A stretch of 64,000 bases of DNA from Strigamia acuminata (lineage: Eukaryota), in assembly GCA_949358305.1 (NCBI GenBank), contig OX442314.1, positions 434,001 through 498,000 of the forward strand, given 5' to 3'. A program made the translations under genes and the position numbers. Positions 28,401 through 40,157 of the stretch are shown in pieces. Every line of letters starts with the position of its first letter. Position 1 is the first letter of the stretch. The notes under the pieces were generated by a model. That model was not told where the DNA came from, made no database searches, and was given only the letters and a program-made list of their open reading frames with translations.

Positions 28401-31400
28401 ATAAACGCCGGGGCGGCAATTTGAAGCGATTTTTCTTGTAGTCTCATTTAACCCTGGCCAAAATGTCGGCGCTGATGGCTTCGTGTTTCTTGACCGTCGC
28501 TTCGATTTGTGCCAAATTGCTGCCGTAGCGCGGGTCCGTCAGCACTTGAATCATTTCGTTTAAATAGCCCTCGCGCAAAATGCTCTGCAAAAAGTAGAAA
28601 TTTATTTATTTATTTATTTCATCGAGTGAGAAATTATTTAATTTGGTTACTTTTTTTTCGAATTTGTAGGCTAGCTGCTCGAGACGTTCCTGTCTGCTGA
28701 GTTGGTCGCGCAGGGCGAGTTCTCGCTTGTGTTCGGCCTTTTCTAGCTGCACCCAAGCACGCTCGATGTCCTGCACCATTTTCCCTTCCGGTGGCGAGTA
28801 CACGCTCTGGCCCAGCGATTTCAGTTTCGTCTGAATCGCGAATAGTTTCGCTTCGATTTCGCTCCGTTCGCGATACCTTTCGGGAATAATAATTGAAAAT
28901 AAAAATTAAAAAATACATTTTTGGTTGTTTTTCTAGGAAAACTTGTATTTTCAGCCATTTCAATTGAGTTTTTCAAACAAAATATCACTTTTTCAAGCAA
29001 AAATTCACTTTTTCAAGCAAAAATTCACTTTTTCAAGCAAAAATTCACTTTTTCAAGCAAAAATTCACTTTTTCAAGCAAAAATTCACTTTTTCAAGCAA
29101 AAATTTACTTTTTCAAGCAAAAATTCACTTTTTCAAGCAAAAATTCACTTTTTCAAGCAAAAATTCACTTTTTCAAGCAAAAATTCACTTTTTCAAGCAA
29201 AAATTCACTTTTTCAAGCAAAAATTCACTTTTTCAAGCAAAAATTCACTTTTTCAAGCAAAAATTCACTTTTTCAAGCAAAAATTCACTTTTTCAAGCAA
29301 AAATTCACTTTTTCAAGCAAAAATTCACTTTTTTAAGCAAAAATTCACTTTTTCAAGCAAAAATTCACTTTTTGAAGTAAAAATATTCGATTTTAGACGA
29401 ACAATCACAAAACATTTGGATTGAAGTTTACTTTGGAGGTTTTTCTTCCGTGCGATACATTTTGAAGCGCAACAATTCCTTCTGAATCTCGTCCAACGAA
29501 TTGGCGAAATCGTGGTCATTCAATTCGACGATTTTCCCGTTGATCCAAGCGATCAGATTCGACGAAAACCGTTCGTATTCTCCTTTATTGCGATCAATAT
29601 CCATCAGCTGCCCAACAATCTAAAGAAAATCAAGAAAAAATTAAAAAAAAATAAATTTCACTTAAATAAATGCTCTAATTTATTCAATACATTCGCAATT
29701 CGGCGCCCGCTTTTCATTTCGTTTTTCATCTTAGCAAACGTGTGATAATACGACGCGACGTACGTCATAATGGATTTCTCGTCCGGTTTCTTCACGTCCA
29801 CATCTGAAAAAATTTAATTAATTTATTAATTTATTAATTTATTTAAGTGCGGACCTTCGGCGTCGAGTAATTTGGCGATGCCGAGTTCGGCTTGCGCAAC
29901 TTCGAACGCGTTGTTCAAGTTGTCGATGTTGTGGTGCGGATCGAGCGAACGGTAAGCGATCAAATCCGGACGATGCGCGTGAATCAAAGCGTTGAATCCT
30001 AGCCCGTTGCGCCAACTCGTCGTGAAATCCAGAATGTTTACGCCGCTGTACCTGTGGAAGAAAATTAAATTTAGAAATGTTAGAAAAATCAGAAATATTA
30101 GAAAAAATTAGAAATATTAGAAAAAATTTCTAATTTTCTAATTTTTTCTAATGTTTCTAATATTAGAAAAAATTAGAAATATTAGAAATATTAGAAAAAA
30201 TTAGAAATATTACAAATATTAGAAAAAAATAGAAATATTAGAAAAAATTTGAAATATTAGAAATATTAGAAATATTAGAAATATTAGAAAAATTAGAAAT
30301 ATTAGAAAAAATTTGAAATATTAAAAATATTAGAAATATTAGAAAAAATTAGAAATATTAGAAAAAAAATTCTAATTTTCTAATTTTTTCTAATTGTCCT
30401 AATTTTTGAAAAAATTAGAAAAATTAGAAATATTAGAAAAAATTAAAAAATATTAGAAATATTAGAAATATTAGAAATATTATCAAAAATTAGAAATAAT
30501 AGAAATTGACCCCGATGTCCTGCGCTGGCACCACAAGAGTAGAGCGTCTTTGGCCGATTTTTTTTCGCTGCTTTCGTTCTCTTCGTCGACGTCGATTTCG
30601 ATCTCTTGTATTTGGAATCGCAGGATGATTGTCCAGATGAGGCCGAGGATGAGCCTGGGGTTGCCGTCCACTATGTCCTCGGCGCCGATGCTCTCGAGGC
30701 GCACTTTGGTGTGCAGAAATGCGAGACATTTGTTCACGTTCTCGATCTTGTGGAATCGCATTTTGCCGTTGTTGGGTTTGCCGAGTTTCTCGCCCGAGAT
30801 GATTTCAAGCAGTTTGAGCAGTTTGCGACCGTCGGCGAGGTCCGTGAATAAATCCAACACTTCCATTCGCACCTGAACCAATATATTCAATCAAAAATAA
30901 TTGAAAAAATAATTAAAAAAATAAAATATTGAAAAGAAATATATTTTGAGTCAAATATTGAAAAGAAACAAATTTCGAGTCAAATATGGAAAAAGAAACA
31001 AATTTCGACTAAAATAATTGAAAAAAGTCAAATTTCTCGTAAAATAATTGAAATAAATCAAATTTCGAGTCAAATAATTTAAAAAAAAAGTAAAATTTCG
31101 AGTAAAATAATTGAATTAAATCAAATTTCGAGTAAAATATCGAAAAAGAATCATATTTCGAGTCAAATGTGGAAATAGAAACAAATTTTAACTAATATAA
31201 TTGAAAAAAAGTCAAATTTTCTACTAAAATAATTTTAAAAAAAAGTCAAATTTCTAGTAAAATAATTGAAATAAATCAAATTTCGAGTAAAATATCGAAA
31301 AAGAATCATATTTCGAGTAAATGTGGAAAAAGAAACAAATTTCAACTAAAATAATTGAAAAAAAGTCAAATTTTCGACTAAAATAATTGAAATAAATCAA

Positions 31401-32014
31401 ATTTGACGTAAAATAATTGAAATAAATCAAATTTGACGTAAAATAATTGGAATAAATCAAATTTCACGTAAAATAATTGAAATAAATCAAATTTGACGTG
31501 AAATAATTGAAATAAATCAAATTTGACGTGAAGTAATAGAAATAAATCAAATTTCACGTAAAATAATTGAAATAATTCAAATTTCTCGTAAAATAATTGA
31601 AATAATTCAAATTTCTCGTAAAATAATTGAAATAAATCAAGTTTCACGTAAAATAATTGAAATAAATCAAATTTGACGTAAAAAAATTGAAATAAATCAA
31701 ATTTGACGTAAAATAATTAAAAAAATCAAATTTTACGTAAAATAATTGAAATAAATCAATTTTCACGTAAAATAATTGAAAAAAAAAGTTAATTTTTACG
31801 TCAAAATTCGAAGTGAACAATTTAAAACATCAAATTTGCCAAATCAAGTAATTTTGACGCGTAAATTTCAAATTTGTGCTAAAATGAGCGTTACCTTGAA
31901 AAGAAACGAATTGATCCATTTGGTGAACGTCTTTTTCTGAATGTGAAGGCGCTCCTCCTGCAGCGCTTTAATCCGTCCCGTTTCGAACTTGAGCGTGTCT
32001 TCGCGCTGCGACAT
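4440..32014 (-). CDS. kst: Spectrin beta-Heavy chain (karst / SPTBN5-like), about 52 coding exons, roughly 3850 aa
   Basis: N-terminus [38 protein letters not shown]; tandem CH actin-binding domain (30872-29691); many spectrin repeats; internal SH3 ([11 protein letters not shown]...[12 protein letters not shown]...GFVPANYV, ~26010-25790), which marks beta-H among beta-spectrins; PH domain (~6060-5740); last exon 4621-4440. GT-AG junctions could be traced through the whole gene. Confidence 0.95.
4887..5071. mobile_element. Tc1/mariner/pogo-type MITE
   Basis: Perfect 17-bp TIR CAGTCAAAGCTGTGTAG / CTACACAGCTTTGACTG flanked by TA on both sides. Confidence 0.85.
5235..5585. repeat. Tandem array, 19-bp unit (TTATTAGAGATTTTAAGAT) with 28-bp variants
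   Basis: Read directly. Confidence 0.85.
6300..7512. repeat. Intronic minisatellite, 41-bp unit with a 492-bp higher-order repeat
   Basis: Unit AACGTGCAAAATGCATTATTTGGTCTTTTCCCTGCATTTTT; the variant pattern at 6421 recurs at 6913. Confidence 0.95.
8203..8293. repeat. 15-bp array CCGTGGAAATAAATC (same family, inverted, at 18990-19305)
   Basis: Read directly; gives RDLFP pseudo-translations at both loci. Confidence 0.9.
8730..9183 (-). mobile_element. Solo LTR (gypsy-like) in a spectrin intron
   Basis: Ends TCTGA...TCACA (one mismatch from TGTGA...TCACA), 4-bp TSD AATC on both sides, minus-strand AATAAA; patchy similarity to 17104-17597. Confidence 0.6.
10970..11530. repeat. Intronic minisatellite, 31-bp unit AAATTTCAGAAATTTGGTCAAAATTCATCAA
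   Basis: Read directly, near-perfect copies. Confidence 0.95.
12530..13012. repeat. Degenerate A-tract/ATCG repeat with ~10-11-bp period
   Basis: AAAAAATCG(G/A) motifs recurring about every 10-11 nt. Confidence 0.8.
13677..14622. repeat. Degenerate ~52-bp array bounded by TAGGGT...ACCCTA ends
   Basis: Unit TTTTCATAGTAAAAATGGCCGTTTTTCGTCAAAAATGGCTATTTTCAGACAT; short inverted ends and TTCCCGGTACC near both ends suggest a MITE shell. Confidence 0.8.
15740..16305. repeat. Compound array, 20-bp (AATGCTAATAATGTTGCTAA) and 31-bp units
   Basis: Read directly. Confidence 0.9.
17104..17597 (-). mobile_element. Solo LTR (gypsy-like), 494 bp, in a spectrin intron
   Basis: TGTGA...TCACA termini, 4-bp TSD GGTT, minus-strand AATAAA near 17210, higher GC than the flanks. 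Confidence 0.75.
18990..19305. repeat. Degenerate 15/10-bp array GATTTATTTCCACGG
   Basis: Reverse complement of the 8203-8293 unit. Confidence 0.85.
20225..21200. repeat. Intronic minisatellite, 21-bp units (TTTGAGCAATTTTTGACAAAT grading into perfect CAAATTTCGTCAAATTTCTGA)
   Basis: Read directly; ~20610-21165 is essentially invariant. Confidence 0.95.
21616..21848. repeat. 10-bp array AAAATTA(C/T)AA
   Basis: Read directly. Confidence 0.95.
22295..22602. repeat. 21-bp array TTTAAAATAGCAATTTTTC(T/G)G
   Basis: Read directly. Confidence 0.9.
23535..23850. repeat. 21-bp array GGCCTAAAAATGCAGTTTTA(T/G)
   Basis: Read directly. Confidence 0.9.
24985..25325. mobile_element. Non-autonomous element with subterminal inverted repeats and a short stem-loop (Helentron/HINE-like layout)
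   Basis: GAGAATCTACC (25060) / GGTAGATTCTC (to 25319) inverted pair, plus the hairpin CGGGAT-AACCTA-ATCCCG at 25010-25027. The class assignment is inference. Confidence 0.45.
26188..26284. repeat. 20-bp array AAAACACATTTTTCGGCTAA
   Basis: Read directly. Confidence 0.9.
26784..26892. mobile_element. Dispersed repeat fragment (GACCTTGA palindromic motif); inverted copy at 54839-54948
   Basis: About 110 bp nearly matching the reverse complement of 54839-54948. Confidence 0.8.
27933..28426. mobile_element. MITE-like shell enclosing a 21-bp array (AAAATCACCGATTTTTTCCCC, ~28020-28330)
   Basis: CTTCAAATTGGCGCC / GGCGGCAATTTGAAG inverted ends with repeated CGCCGGGG subterminal motifs. Confidence 0.7.
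28970..29375. repeat. 20-bp array AAAATTCACTTTTTCAAGCA
   Basis: Read directly, near perfect. Confidence 0.95.
30070..30505. repeat. 9-10-bp array AAATATTAG/AAAAATTAG with locally inverted patches
   Basis: Read directly; inverted TTCTAATTT patches at ~30130-30160 and ~30370-30400. Confidence 0.85.
30895..31800. repeat. 30-31-bp array AAATAATTGAAATAAATCAAATTT(C/G)ACGTA
   Basis: Read directly. Confidence 0.9.
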
Positions 32015-32367
32015 TTCGACCTGAATAAAACCAAATTTCAAACCATTTTTTAAGCGAATGAAACGAATTTATTCGGTTCCATGAGCAAAGAGCAATTTGA
32101 TAGTGCGCCCGAGGCGAAACTCAAAAACGGCCTCACATTACGTCTTCGCTCGACTGAAATAAATGAAATAAATAAATAAACAAATCGGCCCGAAATGACC
32201 TCATTAGGATTTGCTTCAATCTCGACGCTCAAATGCGAGAGAGATAAGCGCAAATCTTATCGTTCCAACCTATATAACACCAATATTTGATAAGAAAACA
32301 ATTCGAAACGAACGAAAGACGAAAAACTCGCCAAACTTAAATCGCTCAAACTCAAACTCAAACTCAC

Positions 32368-32500
32368 CTGCGCCGCCGAGGCCAATTACAAGTTTTACAA
32401 GTTCGCGATCCCAGATTCGCCGATTCCTGATTTGATTTGATTGATGGCTGCACTTGTTCCCGCTTCGAAAATTCGCTTTTGACGACACGGACCGAAAGGT
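32368..32500 (-). other. Probable non-coding first exon of the beta-H spectrin gene
   Basis: CAG|GTGAGT donor at 32367 and a ttttattcAG acceptor 6 nt before the ATG. The upstream boundary is a guess. Confidence 0.45.
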
Positions 32501-33761
32501 CGGCAGTTGGTTAAGTAGAAACAGCAATGAAACGACCCGCCCACAACTTTCGGCTCTCAAATAATCTCACATTGCTCAGGTCGGTGGTCGCGACAGCGCC
32601 ACTGGTGGAGACCGAAGGAAGTTTGCGAGCATATAAATAGAAATTAATAATTAATAGACTAGAAAATTATCAATTTGTAATCTTTATATAATTTTATTAT
32701 ATATTATTCACCTTGGATAAACTACTTTAGCAGGTGACATTGAAAAAAAAAGTTTTTCTTTAAAAGTTGTACATTTTTCATATTTTCATATTTTAAAATT
32801 AAAATTTGAATGTATTTATTATAAATATTGTAAATTTTTCTTTAACCAGTAAATTTACAAGATTTTTAAATTCGTCAGCTTTAACAGAAATTAAATTTAT
32901 TGTTAAAAAATCCTACTGTGCGTGTTTAATGTGGTTTTGAAATTGGATAAATAAATAAATGACGTGCAAATATTTCAATTTCTTTTTTATTATTTCAACA
33001 CTTCATTCGTCTTGGAATCGCGTCCATAAATCTAAAATAATTCAACCATTTCTGCTCACAGAGCATATCTCACGGACCCAGACACTTGAGACAATTTTCT
33101 GAGTCTATTCTGCTGATAGAACGAGCCGACAAAAATAATATTATGTCTGTTTTGAATGAATAAAATTAGGCCCGTTCTAAATCTCCCATTCAAAGTTCTT
33201 CGAAGTAATAAAATTAGAATTAATTCTTCATTTCTAGTACGCAATTTTTCGTCGTTCTGTTTTTCTTGTTTCACTAGATTGTGAACTGAGGGATTGTGGA
33301 TAAAAGCGTATGTTTATAGTAAGTGGTAAACACTACATTCTTTTTCACTTCCTGTCAATGTTATGGCTGCCTGAAATCAAAATTCCGAACCTTAGTTAGC
33401 AAATACTGCATTATTTCCAAGTGTGAGACGTCACAGATGTATTTATTTAAATATAACTACGAAAAAAAATAGAAAAACGAGATAAAACAACGAAACGAGG
33501 GAAAAACGAGAGAAAAATGAAAAATAGGATTCAAATTGGTGAAGTAAGTCGCGAACAGGAAGTTGGGGAGCATCCATGACGTCATTACATTTCATCCCAA
33601 TGTCTCTTCCTCCTCTCACAAGATGGGCGCCAGTAATATTTATAAATAAATCAATAAATCACCTCATTTTATTTCACTCACATTGCTTTTACTTCGACTC
33701 ATTTCAATTTAAATATTTGCAAGTATTTACAGTTTATTTATCAAAATAATTTCTCTTTCAT

Positions 33762-36700
33762 TCACACGGACGTGTTCGCGTCGCTCGGCGGAGATCCGGG
33801 TCCTCGCGATCCTAAACAAATCAAATTCAATTTCAAAATTTCAAAATTCAAATTTTTTAAAATATTTACCGGAATACGGGGATGGAAATCGATTGGGGCC
33901 ACTCAGCTGCGCGTCGGACGGTAATTTGTGCGGCATATTCGGGCGATCGTAAAACCTGGGCGGCGATAAATCGCGGAAGGAGCCGTGGCCGGGTCCGGGG
34001 CCCCCGAACGGGGGTCGGCGATTGAACATGGGTGGCGACGGGGGTCTGCGTCCGGGCGGCGGCGGAAGAAAGTCGAATGGCATCATGGGAGGGGGTAGAT
34101 CGTATCGCGGCAAACGATCGCCGAGAAACGGAGGGTGTTGTGGAATTCCGCCACGGGGCGGCGGAGGAGGCGGCAGCGGGCGATCGTGTGGAAGAAACGG
34201 GATGCGGTGGCCCAGGAGCGGCGGCGGAGAGTTCACTTGGCCGTTGCTGTCACCGTCACCTGTCGGAAAAAGGAAGAAATTGCGATTTGATAAATATAAT
34301 AAATTAAATTGGTTGTTTTGTTACGTCTGGTTGGAGTGAGCCTCGTTTCCGGCATTTCGGATCTGTTGGCTGCTTCGAGCTCCAGTGTTGTTAATCTGTG
34401 CGATTAAGGGAATTATTATTATTTTTTTAAATTTTGTGTTTTTTGGTTTAGCTACTTGTTTCTCAACATGGCGGCTTCTTGCTTGGCTTCCTCGGCTCTG
34501 CGTTCTGCCGCTCTCGCGGCTAGCTGCAAATATGTGCGATTGTCAAACTTACGTAAGTTATTTCTCGGTGCTTTGCTAGAACAGCGCATTTGTTGGCGTT
34601 GGATCACAAATCAGCGAATTTTACACACATTTTTTTTTTTTTTACTAAATCCTGCTCTTTTATGCACAATTTTATAAACATTTCGCAATTTTGCACTCAT
34701 TTTTTGCTAATTTTATAAACATTTCGCAATTTTGCACTCAGTTTTTGCTAATTTTCGATACTTTTCGCAATTTTGCACTCATTTTTTTGCTAATTTTCGA
34801 TACTTTTCGCAATTTTGCACTTATTTTTTGCTAATTTTCGATACTTTTCGCAATTTTGCACTCATTTTTTTGCTAATTTTCGATACTTTTCGCAATTTTG
34901 CACTCATTTTTTGCTAATTTTCGATACTTTTCGCAATTTTCCACTTATTTTTTGCTAATTTTCGTTACTTTTCGCAATTTTCCACTCATTTTTTGCTAAT
35001 TTTCGTTACTTTTCGCAATTTTCCACTCATTTTTTGCTACTGGTCGCGGTTTTTCACGACTTTTCAATATCATTTCCTACTTTTAGCTAATTATATATCT
35101 CGCCATCTGCTCACACAAAGCAACAAAATAAAACTACAAACCCAATTTTCGTGCGATTTGCTTTCGTGGACCGTTATCTAGAATAATAAGAATGACGTGT
35201 AACAAATGTCAATTTCAAATCTCAATTTTTTTTTTTAAATCACCTGCGATTTGTAACTGCGAAGTTGATTGTCCATCTCTTTCTTCAACGCCTGGATGTG
35301 CGCGCGATGAAGCTCAACCTCCTTTTCGTACAACTCGGCCTTCTCCGTGACCGACAGCGCCGATTCCTCCGTCTGTAGTCGGATCGCTTCCTGCATGCCC
35401 AATTCCCTGAAAAATCCAATTCAATTTTTCAATTTTTAAAATATAAATCTTTTTAGGATTTCAAATTTTTAAAAATTTTAAAATGTTTAAAATCATACTA
35501 GAGTAGTCCATTTAATTTTTACTTTTGTAGTTCTATTTCCTTTCCCTTGAAGTAATCGGACAGAACGTGCAACTTGGTGACGGCTTCGTCGCGCTCACGC
35601 TTCAATTCGGCATCCCGCTGCCTCAGCAATTCGTTTTCGGCCACGAGTTCGTCGAGGCGCGCTGTGGATGACGCAATAAGTTTCTACTTTACTGGTATAC
35701 ATGTAAATTTGCAGTGTTGGACAAAATACTTAGTATTTTGTAAATACCAAATAAAATAGTACGGAGTATTTTGTATTTTGAAAATAAAAAAGTATTTTCA
35801 ATATACTATTTTGCCCAACACAGTAAATTTGGAAATTTGGAATTTACTTTCAACGAGCGTGCAGGTGTTCATCTTGTTGTCGTATTCCTCCTGCAGAGCC
35901 GCATAGTTGAGCGCCGTGGCCTTGAGTTGCGCGGACATTGCCGACACGTCGAATAGCATTTCCAGTTTTTTCGATTCTGCAATGCAATTAATCGTTGGGT
36001 TAGCAAACGTTTCGTTTCGTTTCGTTTCGTTTGTGTTTGTTTACACTCGCTGCATTCAAAAACTAAAATATTTTGTGTTTTACTTCAATTTTAAACCAAA
36101 AACGACATCACTTCCTGTTTAAACGCACGTTAAAACTTAAAATACACTTAAACTAAAATTGTTATTTTTACTCGTTTCAGAGTCGGTTTCGGCTTCGAAG
36201 ATTTCAAGTTGCGTCGCAGTATCTCTTAGAATCTACATTTAAATTTAAACAAGAACACCGTTAACTTAATTTTTTATTAATTGGTTTTTCATCTTTTTTG
36301 TACCTCGATTTCCTTGAGTAAGTCGTCGTTTGTTTTGCTCATTAATTCAATTTGTTCCTGCGATTCTAACAGCCGCTGGTTCCACACTTGTGCCTCGCTC
36401 AGCAACTGGCCGTTGCTTTCTTTCAATTCCTCAGTTTCCTCGGTCAGCGAAAAAATGCGTCGCTCGCTGTCGCTAATCGTCGATGTTTTGTCCCGTAACT
36501 CTTCATTCAGCTAAAACCGAAATGTTTGAAACGTCAACAAAATGGCCACAACGCAAATTAATAGTAGTGCCGATATTAGCAATTTTCCTCATTTTTATTA
36601 ATGAGATTTATGCATTTCAAGATTTGAAAAGATTTGTAGTTTTATTTTGACATTTGTTGATTTGTTTTAACATTTGTTTCAGATTTATGGACTTCAAGAT

Positions 36701-39700
36701 TTGTCAGTATTTATTGATTTATCCACAATTTACAGATTTATTTGGAGTTTATAGTTTTTTTTCTGATTTATTTTGAGATTTATAAGATTTATTTTGAGAT
36801 TTGCACATTTATTTCAATATTTAGTCAATTTTTCTGATATTTTGGATTTAAAGATGTAAGTACCGGTAAGAATTAAAGATTTACCAGTAGCTTTATTTTG
36901 AGATTTAGAAGATTTATTTCAAGATTTGAAACAATTTCATGAGTAAATTTCATGTGTAAATTTGAAATTTCATGTGTAAATTTGAAATTTCATGTGTAAA
37001 TTTGAAATTTCATGTGCAAATTTGAAATTTCATGTGCAAATTTGAAATTTCATGTGCAAATTTGAAATTTCATGAGTAAATTTGAAATTTCATGTGTAAA
37101 TTTGAAATCTCATGTGTAAATTTGAAATTTCATGAGTAAATTTGAAATTTCATGTGTAAATTTGAAATCTCATGTGTAAATTTGAGATTTAATGTTTAAT
37201 ATAGAGATTTTAAGATTATTAGAAATTTAAATGAGGTTAATCAACAAAATTTACAGCAAATGTCGGCCACAACACACATTAATTAACTGACTTACCTCGC
37301 CAACTTGCTCTTCAAGACACCTGGCGTTTTCCTCCAAAACTTCCTGCTCTTCTTCCAATTGGCGCAACTTAAGTGAAATTAATCTAAATTCAATTTAAAT
37401 TCAAACAAATCAATTTTATCATCAGATTTACGAGTCTATCTTTGGTTTCGCCCTCCGCCGTCAACCGAACGGACACATTCTTATATTCGCCAACTTCCTC
37501 TTCCAACTTCTCCACGCGGGAACACAGCGCACAATTCTCTTCCCTCGCACTCGCGAGATCCTCGCCGACGACCGAGAACGTTTCGTCCATCTGCGCGTAT
37601 TTTTCCTCGTGCTCGACCGCAATTTCCGCCTTTTCCCTCAACAAATCGCGTTCGGCCGTCACGACGAACAGTTTCCGGTCCAGATTGCAAAGCCGCGCGA
37701 CCAAAACGTGTTCTTTGTTTCCTCGCTGAAATGCAACACAAATTCAAATCTCAAATTCCACAAATTCCATTCAATTTTTGCCTTGATTAAGAAATAAATG
37801 GTGAAGAGCAACACGAGGAAAAAGCCCGTGATGCTCGTCAACACCGTCGCGTGCGACGAAACGCCCATTTTGTTTTGATCCGACAAAACCACCTGCACGG
37901 ACTCCGGCAACTGCAAACAACAAACAAATTCGTTTTAATGTCACGAAAACAATTAAAGTTTAGAATACTAACAAAGTCGATTAAGAATTGGATCTGTTTT
38001 CCCAACTCGAAATCATCGCCGACGAACGGCAGACCGAAAATCGAGTCGTCCGAGGCGGACAAAACCTTCGTTTCCGCCGCCTGCTCGTTCAGCGACGACG
38101 AAATCGTTCGTTTCTCGCTTTTAGTCGTCGGAACCAAAATCCTCAAAGGCGATTCCTCGCTCGTCGGGTCTTCCGGAGCGGTCAAAACGTCCTTTTCCAC
38201 GGTTTCCTCATCGTTGGGCGTCGAAATCGATTGTTTTTCGTCAATTTCCACGCTAATCGACGTCGAAATCGATTGTTTTTCCTCATTTTCCTCGTTAATC
38301 GACGTCGAAATTGTTTGTTCTTCATTTTCATCGTTAATCGACGTCAAAATTGTTTCTTTTTCGTCATTTTCCTCGTTAATCGACGTCGAAATTGCCGGTT
38401 CATCTTCGTTTTCCACGTTAATCGACGCGGAAGATGTCGTTTTATCCGCTTCCGACGTCGGAACGAGAGTCTGCAAAGGCGTTTCGAACGTTTCTCCGTT
38501 TAAAACGTCTTCCGCTGCTGTCGAAACGTCATTTTCGACAATTTCGTCGTCGACCGACCCGGAAATCATTTGTTTCTCCGTCACTTTCCACACTTTCTCC
38601 GTAAACTCGCTTCCGATCGACTCTTCCTCCGGCGTAAACGACGACGTCAAAACCTCTTTTTCTTCGTTTCCCGTCTCCGTCTTCGTCGCTTCGAGCTGCA
38701 CAAACTCGTACTGCGACGAGCCGACCATCTCGTCCTCATCCAACATGTAATCGTCGTCGTCGTCGTCCGCGTCGTCGTACGAATTCGTCGCCGTCTCGAT
38801 GAAATCGTCGCTCCTCTTCCTGTGCTCGTTCTCGCTCATAAACGTCTCGGCCATGTCCAAATCGTCGTCGTCGTCGTCGTCCATCTCCTGATCGGGGTTT
38901 ATGTCCATCCGTGACGTCACGAACCGCGCCAGAACCGACCCGAACGAATACGTGCACGCCGAGGACGTTTCCGCCGAATTAAGCGCACTTTCCGCTTTCG
39001 GATCGACGGATTCCGTCGTTCGGACGACCGGCGAGTCGCTTTTGGACGCCTCGATGATGGTTGCGTCGTGCAGAGTCACGTTTTCGATCGAATCGGTCGA
39101 GACCGATTCGATATTTAACGGTTCTGCGCTCGCGAAGACTCGCGAGAGAATTCTGTCCAAAGATGCGGGAAATGTCGCGATTGTCTCGATTCCTCGCGTC
39201 ACGACCGACTTGACCGACGAGCTTTCCACGTTGAATTTATCGGGTGAAATCGAGTCCTAGAAAATAATTTCAATCGGATGAGTCACAGCGATTAAATAAA
39301 TCAATTTTCGATTACTTCGGTCGGCACGATGGCTTTTAAATCGCTTTTCGGGATAAATACTTTTTGTTCACGGATGAATTTCTTCGGCACGTAGCCCCGT
39401 TTGCCGGAAATCTGAAAATTCCGAGCGAAATTCGTTGATTTTGTCGTTTTTTTGTCGTTTTTTCCATTTTTTTTACCTCGGCGCCCCATAAATCCGGATT
39501 GGAACCGGCGGATTTACTGAAAATCTTGACCGCGGTGTTGATTTGGAAGGAAAGGATGCGCGGATCGGTGCTGTGGTAGCGAATTAACGTACGGGCTTCC
39601 GAAATTTGTGCTGGAAAACGTGGAAAAATGTAAAAAACAAAAAAACAAAAAAAAATCGAAGCGTTTTGTTAACAGATTTTTCGTGTTTAAATTGTACCGT

Positions 39701-39806
39701 TACAATCCCGATCGCTGCACAACCGTAGATCGGAGATCTGAGCGTACGACAGAACGGCCGCGACCGAAAAGCAGAAAACGTAGCGCAAATGCGCATTAAC
39801 TGCCAT
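33762..39806 (-). CDS. Tango1: Transport and Golgi organization protein 1 (TANGO1 / MIA3), multi-exon
   Basis: Signal peptide MAVNAHLRYVFCFSVAAVLSYA; MIA-type SH3 (ISDLRLCSDRDC...KIFSKSAGSNPDLWGAEISGKRGYVPK); long acidic lumenal exon (~39257-37970); TM segment (VLTSITGFFLVLLFTIYFLI); coiled coils including HESKSHENW-LAARAAER; C-terminal proline-rich domain (~34260-33870); stop TGA 33764-33762. Confidence 0.9.
34670..35040. repeat. 41-42-bp array TTTTGCACTCATTTTTTGCTAATTTTCGATACTTTTCGCAA
   Basis: Read directly. Confidence 0.9.
35712..35823. mobile_element. hAT-type MITE, 112 bp
   Basis: TIR CAGTGTTGGACAAAATA / TATTTTGCCCAACACAG, 8-bp TSD TAAATTTG. Confidence 0.85.
36567..37270. mobile_element. 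Second copy of the GATTTA-family TIR element, with a 20-bp array (TTTGAAATTTCATGTGTAAA, 36945-37185)
   Basis: Inverted ends GTGCCGATATTAGC / GCAAATGTCGGCCAC; its 3' part resembles 5190-5630. Confidence 0.65.
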
Positions 39807-40157
39807 TAAAACATCAAACAGCAGACGAGAAAATAACCACAAACGAAATATATATAAAGACACGTAGCTTGAACGGAGCCGCAGCGACACCTAGTGGCGA
39901 ATCCTTAAATCTAAGCACTAAAAGCGCTCCAATAAATCTCGTAAATTTCAATTTATTCAACAACATTTATTCACATTTACAGAATTTTACAGGAAAAGCA
40001 ATTTTAAAATCGTTTCATTTACGCAATTTGGCATACAATTATAAATAAGTGCTTAATATTAAAGTGTCCTTCAATCAATGTCGGTGCTGCGTGAAAATTG
40101 ATGCATTTTTATGAATTAAGGCACAAAGTGTTCTTGATCGGGTTCGGGGTGTTGGAA

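Noticed and set aside
33000..33375. Exon-like sequence between spectrin and TANGO1
   Set aside because: No sustained frame or recognisable product.
34553..34575. Possible poison micro-exon in TANGO1 (AG...GTAAGT with in-frame TAA)
   Set aside because: The downstream intron would be only 29 nt, well below the ~50-nt minimum seen elsewhere here.
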